DNA from: Phycisphaerae bacterium
GTDB lineage: Bacteria; Planctomycetota; Phycisphaerae; UBA1845
DNA: 64,000 nt
Direction: 5' to 3'
Assembly: GCA_029260135.1 (NCBI GenBank)
Contig: JAJDDV010000146.1
Location: forward strand, 33,303 to 97,302
Part shown: positions 42,491 through 51,789 of the stretch, in pieces
Layout: every line of letters begins with the position of its first letter
Numbering within the stretch: the stretch's first letter is position 1
Program-made: the position numbers and the translations under genes
Notes under the pieces: model-generated
Told to the model about the DNA's origin: nothing
The model's input: the letters and a program-made list of their open reading frames with translations, nothing else
The model's database searches: none

Positions 42491-42944
42491 TGCAAATCTC
42501 CTAAGCAACTTCACTGACATACCGGTCAAGTTCATGGTGAGTGATGGGGATCCTCAGGGCACCGTCTAGCGTTGCCACCCATCGGGATTCGCAGGGCAAG
42601 CCGGGCTTCCGTGTGCGGACCCGATACACTATCGGTCCCTATATTGTAGTGGTATTAGCTATCGAAGTTGCATTCCGGGGCGGTCAGAAGTTGTAACAAG
42701 TGTTGTCGATTCGTCTGGGGTGTCCGTAGCGGCGTCGGGCCGCCCGGACGAAAAAGGCCGTCGGCGCGGGCCGGAAGCGTGATTCGCGGTTCGCAGTGCT
42801 GAGAGGGAGGATGCCGATCGATGGGGTGCTGTGCATCGCCGCATCACAGATCAGAAGTCTCGGGAATTCCTTGCTCCTGGGTTTGGTTCTGAACATCGGA
42901 ATCGACAAGTCGGGTGTTTCAGGGCTCTGACACGGGAGAGAGAC

Positions 42945-43547
42945 ATGGTTCGAGGAGTATTGGTGCTGGCGGCGGCGGTGGTCGTTGCGGGGGCGAGCGC
43001 TCCGGCGTTGGCGGGGGCGTGCAAAGCGTGTGACAAGATCGCTCACGGCGACGACGGGTTTTGCTGCGGTAAGGGGCAGATTTTCGGCTTGAAGCTGGCG
43101 TCGAAAACGTTGTATGAGGCGTTGGCGGGTCATGCGGTCGACGCGAAGTCGTTGACGTGCTCCGGATGCAAGGTGGCGGCCAAGACCGATGGGTCGTGCG
43201 CGCACTGCCAGGTCGTTGCGGCGAACGGGAAGTTCTATCACTCGCGGGCGGCACACATTCTGGCGAAAGGGAAACCGGTTTCGGTACGGAAGGCGTCCTA
43301 TTGCACGGGGTGCAACACCGCGCACGCCGACAACGGGTATTGCAGCGGGTGCGGCGTGGGGTCCGTCGCTGGCCGGGCCTTCAAGGAGAAGGCGCAGTAC
43401 GAAGCCGCGCTGGCGGCTTACGCGACGATCACGAAGGCCGTCCGTGCGTCGAGCCAGTGTGAGGCTTGCGCCGTGGCGATGGTCACGGACGGAAGCTGCG
43501 ATCATTGCAGGGTCCGTTTCAAGAACGGCAAGAAGTCGAAAGGGTAG
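42945..43547 (+). CDS. Secreted 200-aa protein with four CxxC-x9-C(xx)C repeats, unknown function
   Basis: ATG 42945 follows GGGAGAGAGA. Signal peptide MVRGVLVLAAAVVVAGASAPALAGA. The repeats are CKAC-x9-CC, CSGC-x9-CAHC, CTGC-x9-CSGC and CEAC-x9-CDHC. Confidence 0.7.
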   Translation: MVRGVLVLAAAVVVAGASAPALAGACKACDKIAHGDDGFCCGKGQIFGLKLASKTLYEALAGHAVDAKSLTCSGCKVAAKTDGSCAHCQVVAANGKFYHSRAAHILAKGKPVSVRKASYCTGCNTAHADNGYCSGCGVGSVAGRAFKEKAQYEAALAAYATITKAVRASSQCEACAVAMVTDGSCDHCRVRFKNGKKSKG

Positions 43548-43644
43548 AGGTCTCGGCTCGGTCGGTTCCTTCGAATCGTTGTTGCCGGCCTGGTTAGGGG
43601 GGTACGTCGCGTTGCCCACTTCAGGAGAGGTGGGCCACCCGACC

Positions 43645-43685
43645 GATGGCGTCGTCCCACGCGGGCGGCGCCATCGTGTGTTTTT
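43645..43685 (+). terminator. Candidate intrinsic terminator after the Cys-rich gene
   Basis: Stem GATGGCG (43645-43651) pairs with CGCCATC (43669-43675) around a GC-rich, partly paired 17-nt loop. GTGTGTTTTTA follows. It lies about 100 nt after the stop codon. Confidence 0.35.
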
Positions 43686-43837
43686 ACCTTTCCGTGCGCA
43701 CCGCTGGTTCTGAGGACAGTTCGTTTTTCCTTCCCTCGGAATCGGGAACGCTGCGCGTGGCGTGCGTGACGCTGCGGCGGCATCGCCGATGAGTTCGGCT
43801 TGCGGTCCGGGGGCGGTCGGGTCACAATGCGCGGACT

Positions 43838-44608
43838 ATGAGTGACTTCATCGAAATCCGAAAGGAAGACCGTGTTGGTGTCGTGACGTTGAATCGCCCG
43901 GACGTGCTCAACGCGCTGTCGTTTGGCTTGATGGACGAGCTGATCGAGGCGTTTGAAGCGTTCGATCGGGATGGGAAGATCCATGTGATCGTTCTGGCCG
44001 GGAGCGAGCGCGCGTTTGCGGCCGGCGCGGACATCGGCGAAATGGCGGACCAAAGCCTGGTGGACATGTCGGAGGCGGACTACTTCGGTCGGTGGTCGCG
44101 GATCCGTGGAATTCGCAAGCCGATCATCGCGGCGGTCAGCGGATACGCGCTGGGTGGGGGATGCGAGCTGGCGATGAACTGCGACATTATCGTGGCGTCG
44201 GAGTCCGCTCAGTTCGGCCAACCTGAAATCAACATTGGTGTCATTCCCGGCGCCGGCGGGACGCAGCGACTGACGCGTGCGGTGGGCAAATCCAAGGCGA
44301 TGGATGTGATTCTCAGCGGCCGATTCCTCACGGCAAAGGAAGCGTTGGAGTCCGGGCTCGTTGCGCGCATCGTGTCGAAGGAGCAGTTCCTCGATGAGGC
44401 TCTGAAGCTGGCCGGGGAGATCGCCGAGAAGCCGATCCTCGCGTTGAAGGCGGCCAAAGAGGCGGTTCTCAAAGCGGACGAGATGCCGTTGAGCGACGGG
44501 ATCGAATACGAACGGCGTCTGTTCTACGGGCTGTTCGCGACTGAGGATCAGAAGGAAGGGATGCACGCGTTCATGGAGAAGCGCAAGCCGGACTACAAGG
44601 GTCGGTAG
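43838..44608 (+). CDS. Enoyl-CoA hydratase (crotonase family, short-chain type)
   Basis: 256 aa with ..VVTLNRPDVLNAL.., GADI, ..KPIIAAVSGYALGGGCELAMNCDI.. and FGQPEINIGVIPGAGGTQRL. Confidence 0.9.
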   Translation: MSDFIEIRKEDRVGVVTLNRPDVLNALSFGLMDELIEAFEAFDRDGKIHVIVLAGSERAFAAGADIGEMADQSLVDMSEADYFGRWSRIRGIRKPIIAAVSGYALGGGCELAMNCDIIVASESAQFGQPEINIGVIPGAGGTQRLTRAVGKSKAMDVILSGRFLTAKEALESGLVARIVSKEQFLDEALKLAGEIAEKPILALKAAKEAVLKADEMPLSDGIEYERRLFYGLFATEDQKEGMHAFMEKRKPDYKGR

Positions 44609-44635
44609 TTGCGTTGGGCGAGGGAGTGACGAATC

Positions 44636-45436
44636 GTGTCGGGTGATCAGCAAAGTGTTCTTATCAGCGATGAGGGTGCGGTCCGGACGTTGACACTCAA
44701 CCGTCCCGGCGTGCTCAACTCTTTCAACACCGAGTTGCTGCAAACGCTCGGCAAAGCGGTCCGCGCCGCGGAGAAGGACAAGAGCGTCCGGTGTCTGGTC
44801 CTCACGGGTGCCGGCCGTGCGTTCTCGGCGGGGCAGGATCTCGCGGAGGTTGAGGACGCCTATACAGGGGATGGCGCGCTGGAACTCGGCCGTCAGCTTC
44901 GGCGGTACTACAACCCTGTGGTCATTGCGTTGCGTACGATGGAGAAGCCTGTCATCGCATCGGTGAACGGCGTGGCGGCTGGCGCCGGGTGTGGGATGGC
45001 GCTGGCGTGCGATCTTCGCGTTGCTGCATCGTCTTCGAGCTTCATTCAGGCTTTCGTTCATGTCGGCGTCGTCCCGGATTGTGGTTCGACGTTCATGCTG
45101 CCTCGTCTGATCGGTCTGTCCCGCGCGATGGAACTGGCGAGTACGGGTCGGAAGGTATCGGCGGAGGAGGCGCTGCGCATCGGCCTGGTGAATCAGGTTG
45201 CCGACGATGATCAAGTGGAAGTTGAAACGAAGAAGCTGGCCAATCGCCTTGCCGGTCTTCCCACCCGCGCGATCGGTCTTACCAAGCGGGCGTTGAATGC
45301 GTCGTGGTCGGCGGATCTCGAGACGCAGCTCGATTACGAGGCGATGCTTCAGGCGACGGCCTCCGAGACGCACGATCATCGCGAGGGTGTTCTGGCGTTT
45401 CTCGAGAAACGTCCTCCGAGATTCACCGGTCAATAG
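44636..45436 (+). CDS. Enoyl-CoA hydratase/isomerase family protein (PaaG-like)
   Basis: 266 aa with ..LTLNRPGVLNSF.., ..AFSAGQDL.. and ..KPVIASVNGVAAGAGCGMALACDL... GTG start at 44636. Confidence 0.85.
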   Translation: MSGDQQSVLISDEGAVRTLTLNRPGVLNSFNTELLQTLGKAVRAAEKDKSVRCLVLTGAGRAFSAGQDLAEVEDAYTGDGALELGRQLRRYYNPVVIALRTMEKPVIASVNGVAAGAGCGMALACDLRVAASSSSFIQAFVHVGVVPDCGSTFMLPRLIGLSRAMELASTGRKVSAEEALRIGLVNQVADDDQVEVETKKLANRLAGLPTRAIGLTKRALNASWSADLETQLDYEAMLQATASETHDHREGVLAFLEKRPPRFTGQ

Positions 45437-45653
45437 GATGGCCGGCGGGCCCGCTTGTCATCTCTTCCGTCATGCACTTCGGACGTCGAACCGCGGCGAT
45501 TCCGTGCTGTGATTTCCAGGTGATTCACAGAATTGTCCTGGGACTGTGTTGATCGTTAGCCTACCGAGACTTGAATGGTTCTATCCCGAGCGATAAGCTC
45601 CGTCCGCGGAGACGGGATGAGGATCTACACCGGGAATCGACGGGGAGTATGGA

Positions 45654-47633
45654 ATGACCGTGGCAGCTTCGCGCAACGATCAGGAGACGAATGTGTCCAC
45701 TGCGAATAGCGTTCACGCAAAGGCGATCGAGCTGGGCAAGCAGGTGGTCCGGATGACGACGGCTGCCGGTTCCGGGCACCCGTCGTCGGGCCTGGCGCTA
45801 AGTCATATCGTTGTGGAATTGATGTACCGTCAGATGCGGTACGAGGTATCGGATCCGTGGAATCGCGGAAACGACCGGTTGGTGCTCTCTATCGGGCACG
45901 CGGTTCCGATCGTCTATGCGGCTTATGCCGATCTGGGTGGGGTGGTCGGGACTGATCCGGATCAGCGCAGGCCGCTGAGTGTGGACGATTTGTCGGGTCT
46001 GCGTGAGCTTTCCAGTGTTCTGGATGGTCATCCGAATCCGGCGGAGGGCTTTCCGTTCTTTGACGCGGCCACGGGATCGCTCGGGCAGGGGCTGTCGGTC
46101 GCGGCGGGCCTGGCGGCGGCGGCTCGTCTGGACGGGATCGAGAAGCGAATCTTCGTCGTGGCGGGAGACGGAGAGTCCCGGGAGGGCCAGGTTTGGGAGG
46201 CGGCTGACTTCATCGTCGATCAGAAGCTCAAGAATGTATGTGTGATCTTCAGTTGCAACGGTCATGGTCAGGCGGCGGAAGTATCGTTGCAGCAGTCGCC
46301 GGAGGCGATCGGGGCGAAGGCGGCGGCGTTCGGCTGGCATGTGATCGAGGTTGACGGTCACGATCCGGACGAGCTGTCGGCGGCGTTGTCGAGCGTGGCG
46401 ACGTACGACAAGCCGACGGCGATCATCGCGCGCACGGTGAAGGGGTGGGGTGTCGACCTGATGCAGGGATCGAACTTCCACGGCAAGCCGGTTCCGGCGG
46501 ATCAGGTCGAGGCGGCGTGCGCGGAACTGGACGCGACGGGCGAGGGGCTGGGTGCTTCGGCGGGGGATCCGGGAAGACCGAAAGCGCCTTCGTCGACGGC
46601 GGCGCAGAAGGCGGGGCGTAGTGGTGGGCTGTTGCCTTTCGAGGACGCACTGCGGCGCGTCGGGTTGGCGGGGGCGTTGGAGAAGAAGAGACTCGCGACC
46701 CGGCGGGCGTATGGTGCCGCGCTTGTGGCACTTGGCGATGTGGATTCTCGCGTCGTTGCTCTGGACGGGGATGTAGGGAACTCGACGTTTGCGGAGATGT
46801 TCGCCCGGGAGCACGAGGGTCGCTTCTTTGAATGCAAGATCGCCGAACAGAACATCGTGAGTGTGGGAGCGGGGATGTCGGCCGCGGGGAAGATTCCGTT
46901 CGCGAGTTCGTTTGCGAAGTTCCTTGCCCGGGCGACGGATCAGATCGACATGGCGACGATTTCACGGGCGAATCTGAAGATCGTCGGTTCGCACTCGGGG
47001 GTGTCTCTCGGGGCGGACGGTCCGTCGCAGATGTCGCTCTCGGACATTGCGTACTTCAGGAGCATGACCCGTGTCGACAACGGGCGGGGTGTTGCGGCGT
47101 GTCACGTGTTCCATCCGTGTGACGCGATCAGCACGTATCGTTTTGTCGAGCTGATGGCGGAGATCGACGGGCTTTGCTTCTTGCGGACGCATCGTCCGGA
47201 TGCGCCGTTCATCTACCCCTTCGACGAGTCGTTTGCGCTGCGCGGGTGTAAGTCGCTGCGATCGGGTGAGCACCTGACGCTCGTGAGCTGCGGCTATATG
47301 TTGCACAATGTTCTGAAGGCTGCGGGGAAGTTGGCGGAACAGGGTATCGAGTGCAATGTGTTTGATGCGTATACGTTCCCGCTGGATGCTTCGCCCATCC
47401 TCGAGGCTGCCCGCGGGGCGGGTGGGGTGATCCTCACGGTGGAGGACAATTACATCGGCGGTCTGCACGCTGAGCTGGCTGAGGCGGCTGCGCTGACGGG
47501 CAGCGTCCGGGTGTCGGGGCTGACGGTGAATCGGATTCCGAAGTCGGCCAAGACGGCGGATGAGGTCTTCACGCACGTCGGCGTCGGGCTGGACCGGATC
47601 ATTTCGGCGGCTACCGAGCTGGCCGGATCCTGA
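45654..47633 (+). CDS. Transketolase-family enzyme (N- and C-terminal halves of the split type fused in one ORF)
   Basis: TPP-binding half has GSGHPSSGLALSHIV.., GSLGQGLSVAAG and GDGESREGQVWEA. A roughly 50-aa Ala/Gly/Pro/Ser-rich linker follows, then the Pyr/C-terminal half (..DGDVGNSTF.., ECKIAEQN.., ..GSHSGVSLGADGPSQM..). Confidence 0.88.
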   Translation: MTVAASRNDQETNVSTANSVHAKAIELGKQVVRMTTAAGSGHPSSGLALSHIVVELMYRQMRYEVSDPWNRGNDRLVLSIGHAVPIVYAAYADLGGVVGTDPDQRRPLSVDDLSGLRELSSVLDGHPNPAEGFPFFDAATGSLGQGLSVAAGLAAAARLDGIEKRIFVVAGDGESREGQVWEAADFIVDQKLKNVCVIFSCNGHGQAAEVSLQQSPEAIGAKAAAFGWHVIEVDGHDPDELSAALSSVATYDKPTAIIARTVKGWGVDLMQGSNFHGKPVPADQVEAACAELDATGEGLGASAGDPGRPKAPSSTAAQKAGRSGGLLPFEDALRRVGLAGALEKKRLATRRAYGAALVALGDVDSRVVALDGDVGNSTFAEMFAREHEGRFFECKIAEQNIVSVGAGMSAAGKIPFASSFAKFLARATDQIDMATISRANLKIVGSHSGVSLGADGPSQMSLSDIAYFRSMTRVDNGRGVAACHVFHPCDAISTYRFVELMAEIDGLCFLRTHRPDAPFIYPFDESFALRGCKSLRSGEHLTLVSCGYMLHNVLKAAGKLAEQGIECNVFDAYTFPLDASPILEAARGAGGVILTVEDNYIGGLHAELAEAAALTGSVRVSGLTVNRIPKSAKTADEVFTHVGVGLDRIISAATELAGS

Positions 47634-47762
47634 GCCGCGGTGGGTCACGTCGCGCGCGGACCGGTGCCTATCCGGGCGACGAGGGTGTCGGATGGCCCAT
47701 TTCGGGTCTTGCCGCGAACCAAGTCCGCCCGAGCTTCGTTGTATGGGCTAAGGAGTGCCGAC

Positions 47763-48416
47763 ATGACGATTCGCAGGCCTATTTCTGTATTGGGGCTGGT
47801 GGTATGGGCGGGCTGCAGTGGAGCGTTGCTCGCGGGCGAACCGGAGGATCAGGCGCCTTCCTTTGATGCGCGAACGGCGTACCTCGAACCGCTGATCGGC
47901 GCGTGGGACGTCACCGAGATTCACTACGATCTTCGCGGCGAGAAGGTCGCAAAGGTCAAGGGGACGGAGGAGATCGGCTGGATCCTCGACCGCCGTGCGA
48001 TTCGCAGGGTCTACACGACGCGCACGGAGTCGTCGGCGTATCATGCGATCGGGACGTTAACTTGGAGCGAAGCAGCGCAGGCCTATCGCGGCGTTTGGTT
48101 CGACGATGCTTCGACCAACGGTCCGACGAGCGTGACCGGAACGTGGTCGGACGAGACGGAGAGCTTCATCTTTGCGCTCGAAGTGCTCGGACCGGACGAA
48201 TCTCCCATCGGGTTCAAAGTGGTGGAACGACTGATCGATGACGACAAGCGCGAGGCCACCACCTTCTCGATCAGAGACGGTGAAGTGACGAAGCGCATGA
48301 CGGTCCTGTACAAGCGGTCGATTCCCTGCCCATCCGGACCTCGGGCCGTTTTTGAGCCCGTGGCGCCCGGCGCTCACAAACGAGAGAAGAAAAAGAGGAA
48401 GAGAAGGGGAGAGTAG
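47763..48416 (+). CDS. DUF1579-like secreted protein with Lys/Arg-rich C-terminal tail
   Basis: ATG 47763 is preceded by AAGGAG. It has a signal peptide, then ..LIGAWDV.. and ..GTWSDETESF... The tail is HKREKKKRKRRGE. Confidence 0.65.
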   Translation: MTIRRPISVLGLVVWAGCSGALLAGEPEDQAPSFDARTAYLEPLIGAWDVTEIHYDLRGEKVAKVKGTEEIGWILDRRAIRRVYTTRTESSAYHAIGTLTWSEAAQAYRGVWFDDASTNGPTSVTGTWSDETESFIFALEVLGPDESPIGFKVVERLIDDDKREATTFSIRDGEVTKRMTVLYKRSIPCPSGPRAVFEPVAPGAHKREKKKRKRRGE

Positions 48417-48451
48417 GAGGCGTCGTCAGCCGCTACTTCCGGGGTCCTCGG

Positions 48452-49054
48452 TCAGGGCGACGGCGTACACATCACCGAGGTGAGCAACAGGCCCGCGAGA
48501 ATCAGTGCAATTGCGGTCTTGGCAGCCGTTCCCAGGAGGAATCCGATAGCGGCGAAGACTCCGACCTTCATGGAGTGCGCGCCCATGTGGCCGGAGTCCG
48601 GACCCGTGGAACCCGCCCGGTCGTCCGGTGTGGTGTGATCGGCGAGCACGAATTCCGCGATGGCTGCGCCCGCGAAGCACCCTACGAGGGCTCCGATGAT
48701 CGTTCCGATGATGGGTACCGGAACCGACAGCACGAGCATTCCCACGATTCCGCCGATCAACCCGCCCCAACCCGCCTGCCGGCTCGCTCCCACGCGCCGG
48801 GCTGTCAGTACCGAGGCAAACAGTTCGAGCACCTCACCAAATGCAGCGAGCCCCACGAGCAGGAGCAGCCAGCGAACGGTGACGGGTTGCCACTGGGTCC
48901 ACCATCCATGAGCCGCGGCGGCGCCAACGATCAGCCAGGTCCCCGGAAGTCGCAGCGCGGTCAGAACAAGCCCGGCGCCGCAGGCCAACCACAAGCCGAT
49001 GACTGCTATCGTGTCCCACATGTTCATTGCAACCGCATGGTCTGGCGATGCCAT
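48452..49054 (-). CDS. DUF456-like integral membrane protein
   Basis: Four or five hydrophobic helices with LPGTWLIV and G.GGLIGGIVGM..PVPIIGT.IGA patterns. The true start may be the internal MNMWDT. Confidence 0.65.
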   Translation of the reverse strand: MASPDHAVAMNMWDTIAVIGLWLACGAGLVLTALRLPGTWLIVGAAAAHGWWTQWQPVTVRWLLLLVGLAAFGEVLELFASVLTARRVGASRQAGWGGLIGGIVGMLVLSVPVPIIGTIIGALVGCFAGAAIAEFVLADHTTPDDRAGSTGPDSGHMGAHSMKVGVFAAIGFLLGTAAKTAIALILAGLLLTSVMCTPSP

Positions 49055-49085
49055 ACACGCCGGCGCACGTCGCGGCGCAACGCGC

Positions 49086-49526
49086 CTAATATTTCTCGGA
49101 GGCTGCCAGGTCGAAGCCTTCGTGCTGTGAGTTCAACTTGCCGCCACGGTACTCCGCGCGGCAGGCGTAGCACGCCGTCACCTTTCCAATCACCAGATAG
49201 ATCAGAAGATCAAGCACGACGGCAGCGGTGAGTACGGCCAGCGCAATGGCCACGGACGTTTGGAAGAAGTAGATCGCCGTTACGCCGAACACCACGACGA
49301 TGAGTAGCCCCAGTCGCTGGGGGAAGTCCTTTCGGACGAAGAGTTCGCGGCCGTCACAAACCGCACAGCGGTCGACCCTTTGGTCGAGGCGGATGGCGTC
49401 GGTGACCGAGAGCTTCACGTCACGGTGACAGCGCGGACACCGGATGGCCTCGCCGCACTGCTCCAGCGGGGCGTATTCGATTATGGCGATGCAGCCTTCA
49501 TGGGGGCAGTCGAATCGTATTTGCAT
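49086..49526 (-). CDS. Membrane protein with N-terminal zinc-ribbon (CPxxC..CPRC) and a second CxxC pair flanking two TM helices
   Basis: 146 aa from ATG 49526 within ORF 49086..50036: MQIRFDCPHEGC..IRCPRCH..CAVCDG..(2 TM)..CYACRAEY. Confidence 0.65.
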   Translation of the reverse strand: MQIRFDCPHEGCIAIIEYAPLEQCGEAIRCPRCHRDVKLSVTDAIRLDQRVDRCAVCDGRELFVRKDFPQRLGLLIVVVFGVTAIYFFQTSVAIALAVLTAAVVLDLLIYLVIGKVTACYACRAEYRGGKLNSQHEGFDLAASEKY

Positions 49527-49558
49527 CAGTGTCGATCCGTCCGTGCGATCAGCGAACC

Positions 49559-50365
49559 TCAAAGCGGCCATCCGCACTCTCGCAGGAGCTGCAGGCTCGC
49601 CAACTCGCCAATATAGGCGAGAATCGACCCGAAGTAGAGCAGGCCTGTGGCGGATTGCGTGGAGCGAATCCGTACGCAGTCCAGCACCATGTATGCGATC
49701 GCCGTTACGCCGAGCAGGCCCGCGCCGACGCGCAAGCCAGAGATCAGCCAGGAATACCCGATCGAAGAGAGCAGCGTCGGTTCCATTTCGCGCCCCACGA
49801 ACCAGGCTACGCCCAGACTGAACGCAGCGAACGCAAAACGGAGAATGGCACATCCCATCAACACTCGGCTGATCCGGTGCAACGGACGGATCGACATGCT
49901 CGTGGCCGTCAGGTAGGCGTGGCCGAGTATCCAGGCGACCGTAATCGAGCCGAGCAGTGCGGATGCAAGAAGCCGATCGACGACGAGAAACGCGTTTGCC
50001 GAGGTATGCGCCGGCTCGTAATCGTGCCAAGCCCACGTCGAAAGGAGCGCCGCGGTCAGTCCTGCGATACCGCTCAACGCGCAGACGGTGCGAAACGTTC
50101 GCGGTCGCTTGGTCGCCGCAGGAGCCATGAACACAGCGATGGCCGCACCCAGTGCGATCGCGGTACCGAGCCAGCCGACCGGAATCCCGACCGCGGCGTG
50201 TTCAAATGTGCCGCGCGAAACTTGCCACGCCACCACGCCGGCCGACAGGGCCAGAACGATCGCGGAAACCAGGCGAAGAAACTTCCACGCGATCTGATCC
50301 GGTCGGCCTGTTGCGAGCGCAACCATCGTCCCGCCTGCCAGAGAATAGAGAAACACGATCACCAT
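49559..50365 (-). CDS. Polytopic membrane protein (about 8 TM), unknown function
   Basis: 268 aa from ATG 50365 within ORF 49559..50617. The ORF track's N-terminal 84 aa are Arg/Ser-rich and rejected. It lies 32 nt upstream of the zinc-ribbon gene. Confidence 0.6.
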   Translation of the reverse strand: MVIVFLYSLAGGTMVALATGRPDQIAWKFLRLVSAIVLALSAGVVAWQVSRGTFEHAAVGIPVGWLGTAIALGAAIAVFMAPAATKRPRTFRTVCALSGIAGLTAALLSTWAWHDYEPAHTSANAFLVVDRLLASALLGSITVAWILGHAYLTATSMSIRPLHRISRVLMGCAILRFAFAAFSLGVAWFVGREMEPTLLSSIGYSWLISGLRVGAGLLGVTAIAYMVLDCVRIRSTQSATGLLYFGSILAYIGELASLQLLRECGWPL

Positions 50366-50777
50366 TTTAGGATTTCCGCCCGTCCGCCAGCGTATCGCGA
50401 ACGTGAACGAGCCGCCACCTGATTTGCGATTGTCCGGCGCACCTGCAAGTGTTTGTTGAGCCCCCGCCACGTTGTGCGCCGCGTGCTCGGGGGCCGTCGC
50501 CGCATCGCTTCGATGCGCTCTTGAACGAGACGATGACCGGCGGCGCTTGCCGATCGTTCGGCAAGTCTTGCGCGGCGTTGCCGGCGGCACGCTTGGTCGG
50601 AGCCCTCTCTCGCCCACGGGATCGTCGTTCGTAACCCCCTTTCTCGACGGAACTTAGGGTTTTGGTGCCGACGTTGAGCGACGGTGGCGATCTTCGAGTT
50701 TGCCGCCGTGGCATGGTCGGTGTTGAAGGCGGGCATGTGGGAACCCCTACGCGGGGACACCCTCTGGAGATTTGCGT

Positions 50778-51008
50778 ATGTGGTTGATCACGACTCGTTC
50801 GCTGGAAGACGCCCCTGAGCCTGCGCCGTCGATTTCGGCGGACGCGTCTGCTGGAGATCACGGCGCGTCGGCGTCACTCGATCTGGAATCGATCGGGCGA
50901 TTGGTTCGTCGGCGAGCGATCGAGGCGGTTCTAGCGCACCTTGCGGCGTTAGCGGCCTTGTCGGAGGCGGAGTTTGCGGACGACGGGCACGAGCAGAGCC
51001 AAACATGA
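50778..51008 (+). CDS. Small acidic ORF (76 aa) whose stop overlaps the flgF start (ATGA)
   Basis: ATG 50778 (or TTG 50772). The stop TGA 51006-51008 overlaps ATG 51005. The C-terminus is helical and Ala/Leu-rich. I recognise no family. Confidence 0.3.
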   Translation: MWLITTRSLEDAPEPAPSISADASAGDHGASASLDLESIGRLVRRRAIEAVLAHLAALAALSEAEFADDGHEQSQT

Positions 51009-51775
51009 GCAGTTACGGAATGTGGCTATCGGCGTCAGGCATGAAGGTCCATGACCTTCGCCAGACGCTCCTCGCCAACAACATGGCCAACGCACACACG
51101 ACCGGGTTCAAGCACGACATGGCGGTCGTCACGCACCGGTCCGTGGAGGCGAAGTCAGCGGCGGATGGGTTCTCCTACGGTCATCCCATTCTGGATCAGC
51201 TCGCCGGCGGCCACAACGTACTGCCCTCCTTCACGGACTTCAGCCAAGGACCCATTGAACATACAGGTAAAGCACTCGATGTCGCCATCAAAGGGGATGG
51301 GTTTCTTGCGGTATCCGATGGCGACGTGACCCGGTACACGCGAGACGGTCAGTTTGCCGTCAACGCGGCCGGAGAGCTTGTCCTTTCCGCGGGGGACGGA
51401 CGGTGGCGCGTACTCGATGACGGCGGTAGTCGCATCGTCTTGGAGGAAACCGGTGGCGAAGTCAATATCGCGGCCAACGGGACCATCCGCCAGGGGCGCA
51501 CTCCGGTGGCCGTCCTGGGTCTAACGCTTCCGGCCGACAAGCAATCACTCTCAAAGGTCGGCGGCAACCTCTTTGATGCGGGCGATGTCGCGGTGCGCCC
51601 GGTCAACGGGCTCTTCGAGCCCAAGGCAAGGGAGCAGTCCAATTTCGACGTCATGCAGGGACTTGCGAGCGTCATCGAGGCGACGCGAGCTTATCGATTG
51701 AACGCCACGATGGTCCAGCTTCAGGATCAGATGACAGGTCAGGCCGTCCAGACCGTGGGCCGGATGGTGGCCTAG
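51005..51775 (+). CDS. flgF: Flagellar basal-body rod protein FlgF
   Basis: N-terminal rod-family motif ..SGM......LANNMANAHTTGFK. Size is 256 aa. The conserved C-terminus reads ..SNFDVMQGLASVIEATRAYRLN. Confidence 0.85.
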   Translation: MSSYGMWLSASGMKVHDLRQTLLANNMANAHTTGFKHDMAVVTHRSVEAKSAADGFSYGHPILDQLAGGHNVLPSFTDFSQGPIEHTGKALDVAIKGDGFLAVSDGDVTRYTRDGQFAVNAAGELVLSAGDGRWRVLDDGGSRIVLEETGGEVNIAANGTIRQGRTPVAVLGLTLPADKQSLSKVGGNLFDAGDVAVRPVNGLFEPKAREQSNFDVMQGLASVIEATRAYRLNATMVQLQDQMTGQAVQTVGRMVA

Positions 51776-51789
51776 AGGAGCGCTCGTAG

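Noticed and set aside
45507-45530. CTGTGA-N12-TCACAG upstream of the transketolase gene, considered as a CRP/FNR site. I also checked this leader for a TPP riboswitch.
   Set aside because: The half-site spacing (12 nt) does not fit the canonical CRP (6 nt) or FNR site. No TPP-riboswitch core (CUGAGA...ACCUGAUCUGGAUAAUGCCAGCG-like) is visible in 45437-45653. It is mentioned only as a companion to the 37929 palindrome.
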